Below are positions 31,981-32,000 of a stretch of DNA of 32,000 nt, in pieces. This stretch comes from Opitutales bacterium (lineage in GTDB: Bacteria > Verrucomicrobiota > Verrucomicrobiia > Opitutales > PNEW01): the NCBI GenBank assembly GCA_965219535.1, contig CBDCNV010000002.1, positions 690,001 to 722,000 of the forward strand. The letters are read 5' to 3'. The position numbers and the translations under genes are program-made. Each line of letters opens with the position of its first letter. Position 1 is the first letter of the stretch. Below the pieces are notes generated by a model. The model saw only the letters and a program-made list of their open reading frames with translations, was not told where the DNA came from and made no database searches.

Positions 31981-32000
31981 AATCGGCAATCGAAAATCGG
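31981..32000 (+). repeat. Heptamer array (AATCGNN), runs off window
   Basis: aatcggc aatcgaa aatcgg. Confidence 0.6.

Noticed and set aside
611-32000. The idea that array polarity exists to place stop codons in all three frames facing into each gene (a translational insulator).
   Set aside because: It works for TTTTGAC and CTGAACC, which carry TGA on the strand read toward the gene. It fails for the CAGTGAA family, whose TGA is on the strand read away from the adjacent gene. TTAGGTG carries stops on both strands.

Overview
About 32 kb of accessory-looking chromosomal DNA with 21 well-supported protein genes, nearly all monocistronic and in mixed orientation.

**Genes**
- Five divergent PhyH-type and one TauD/TfdA-type Fe(II)/2-oxoglutarate oxygenases.
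- Class-II xylose isomerase (xylA), a xylose-isomerase-like TIM-barrel protein, a beta-propeller lactonase and a PQQ-type soluble sugar dehydrogenase.
- An MDR dehydrogenase plus SDR epimerase pair, the only obvious operon.
- A histidine phosphatase and DNA-3-methyladenine glycosylase I (tag).
- A 944-aa FG-GAP/VCBS protein and a secreted Ig-domain protein.
- A sulfatase-fold protein with Thr in place of the formylglycine Cys/Ser.
- An orphan fused ABC solute-binding-protein/permease.
- An orphan PilX-like protein in an AT-rich island.

**Mobile elements**
Two base-identical IS481-family copies lie in inverted orientation at 1-511 (cut by the window edge) and 29339-30713.

**Main finding: the non-coding DNA**
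Almost every intergenic spacer is built from perfect or degenerate 7-8-nt tandem arrays (GGTTCAG, CAGTGAA, GTCAAAAR, GTCGAAA, TTAGGTG and relatives). Their strand polarity is locked to the nearest gene boundary, whatever the gene's orientation. The arrays are interleaved with nested hairpin (REP/BIME-like) elements and MITE-like whole-spacer elements.

**Limits**
Gene content and SD-poor starts suggest a marine PVC-group genome, but that is a guess. All product calls come from motif recognition by eye. No database search or computation was possible.
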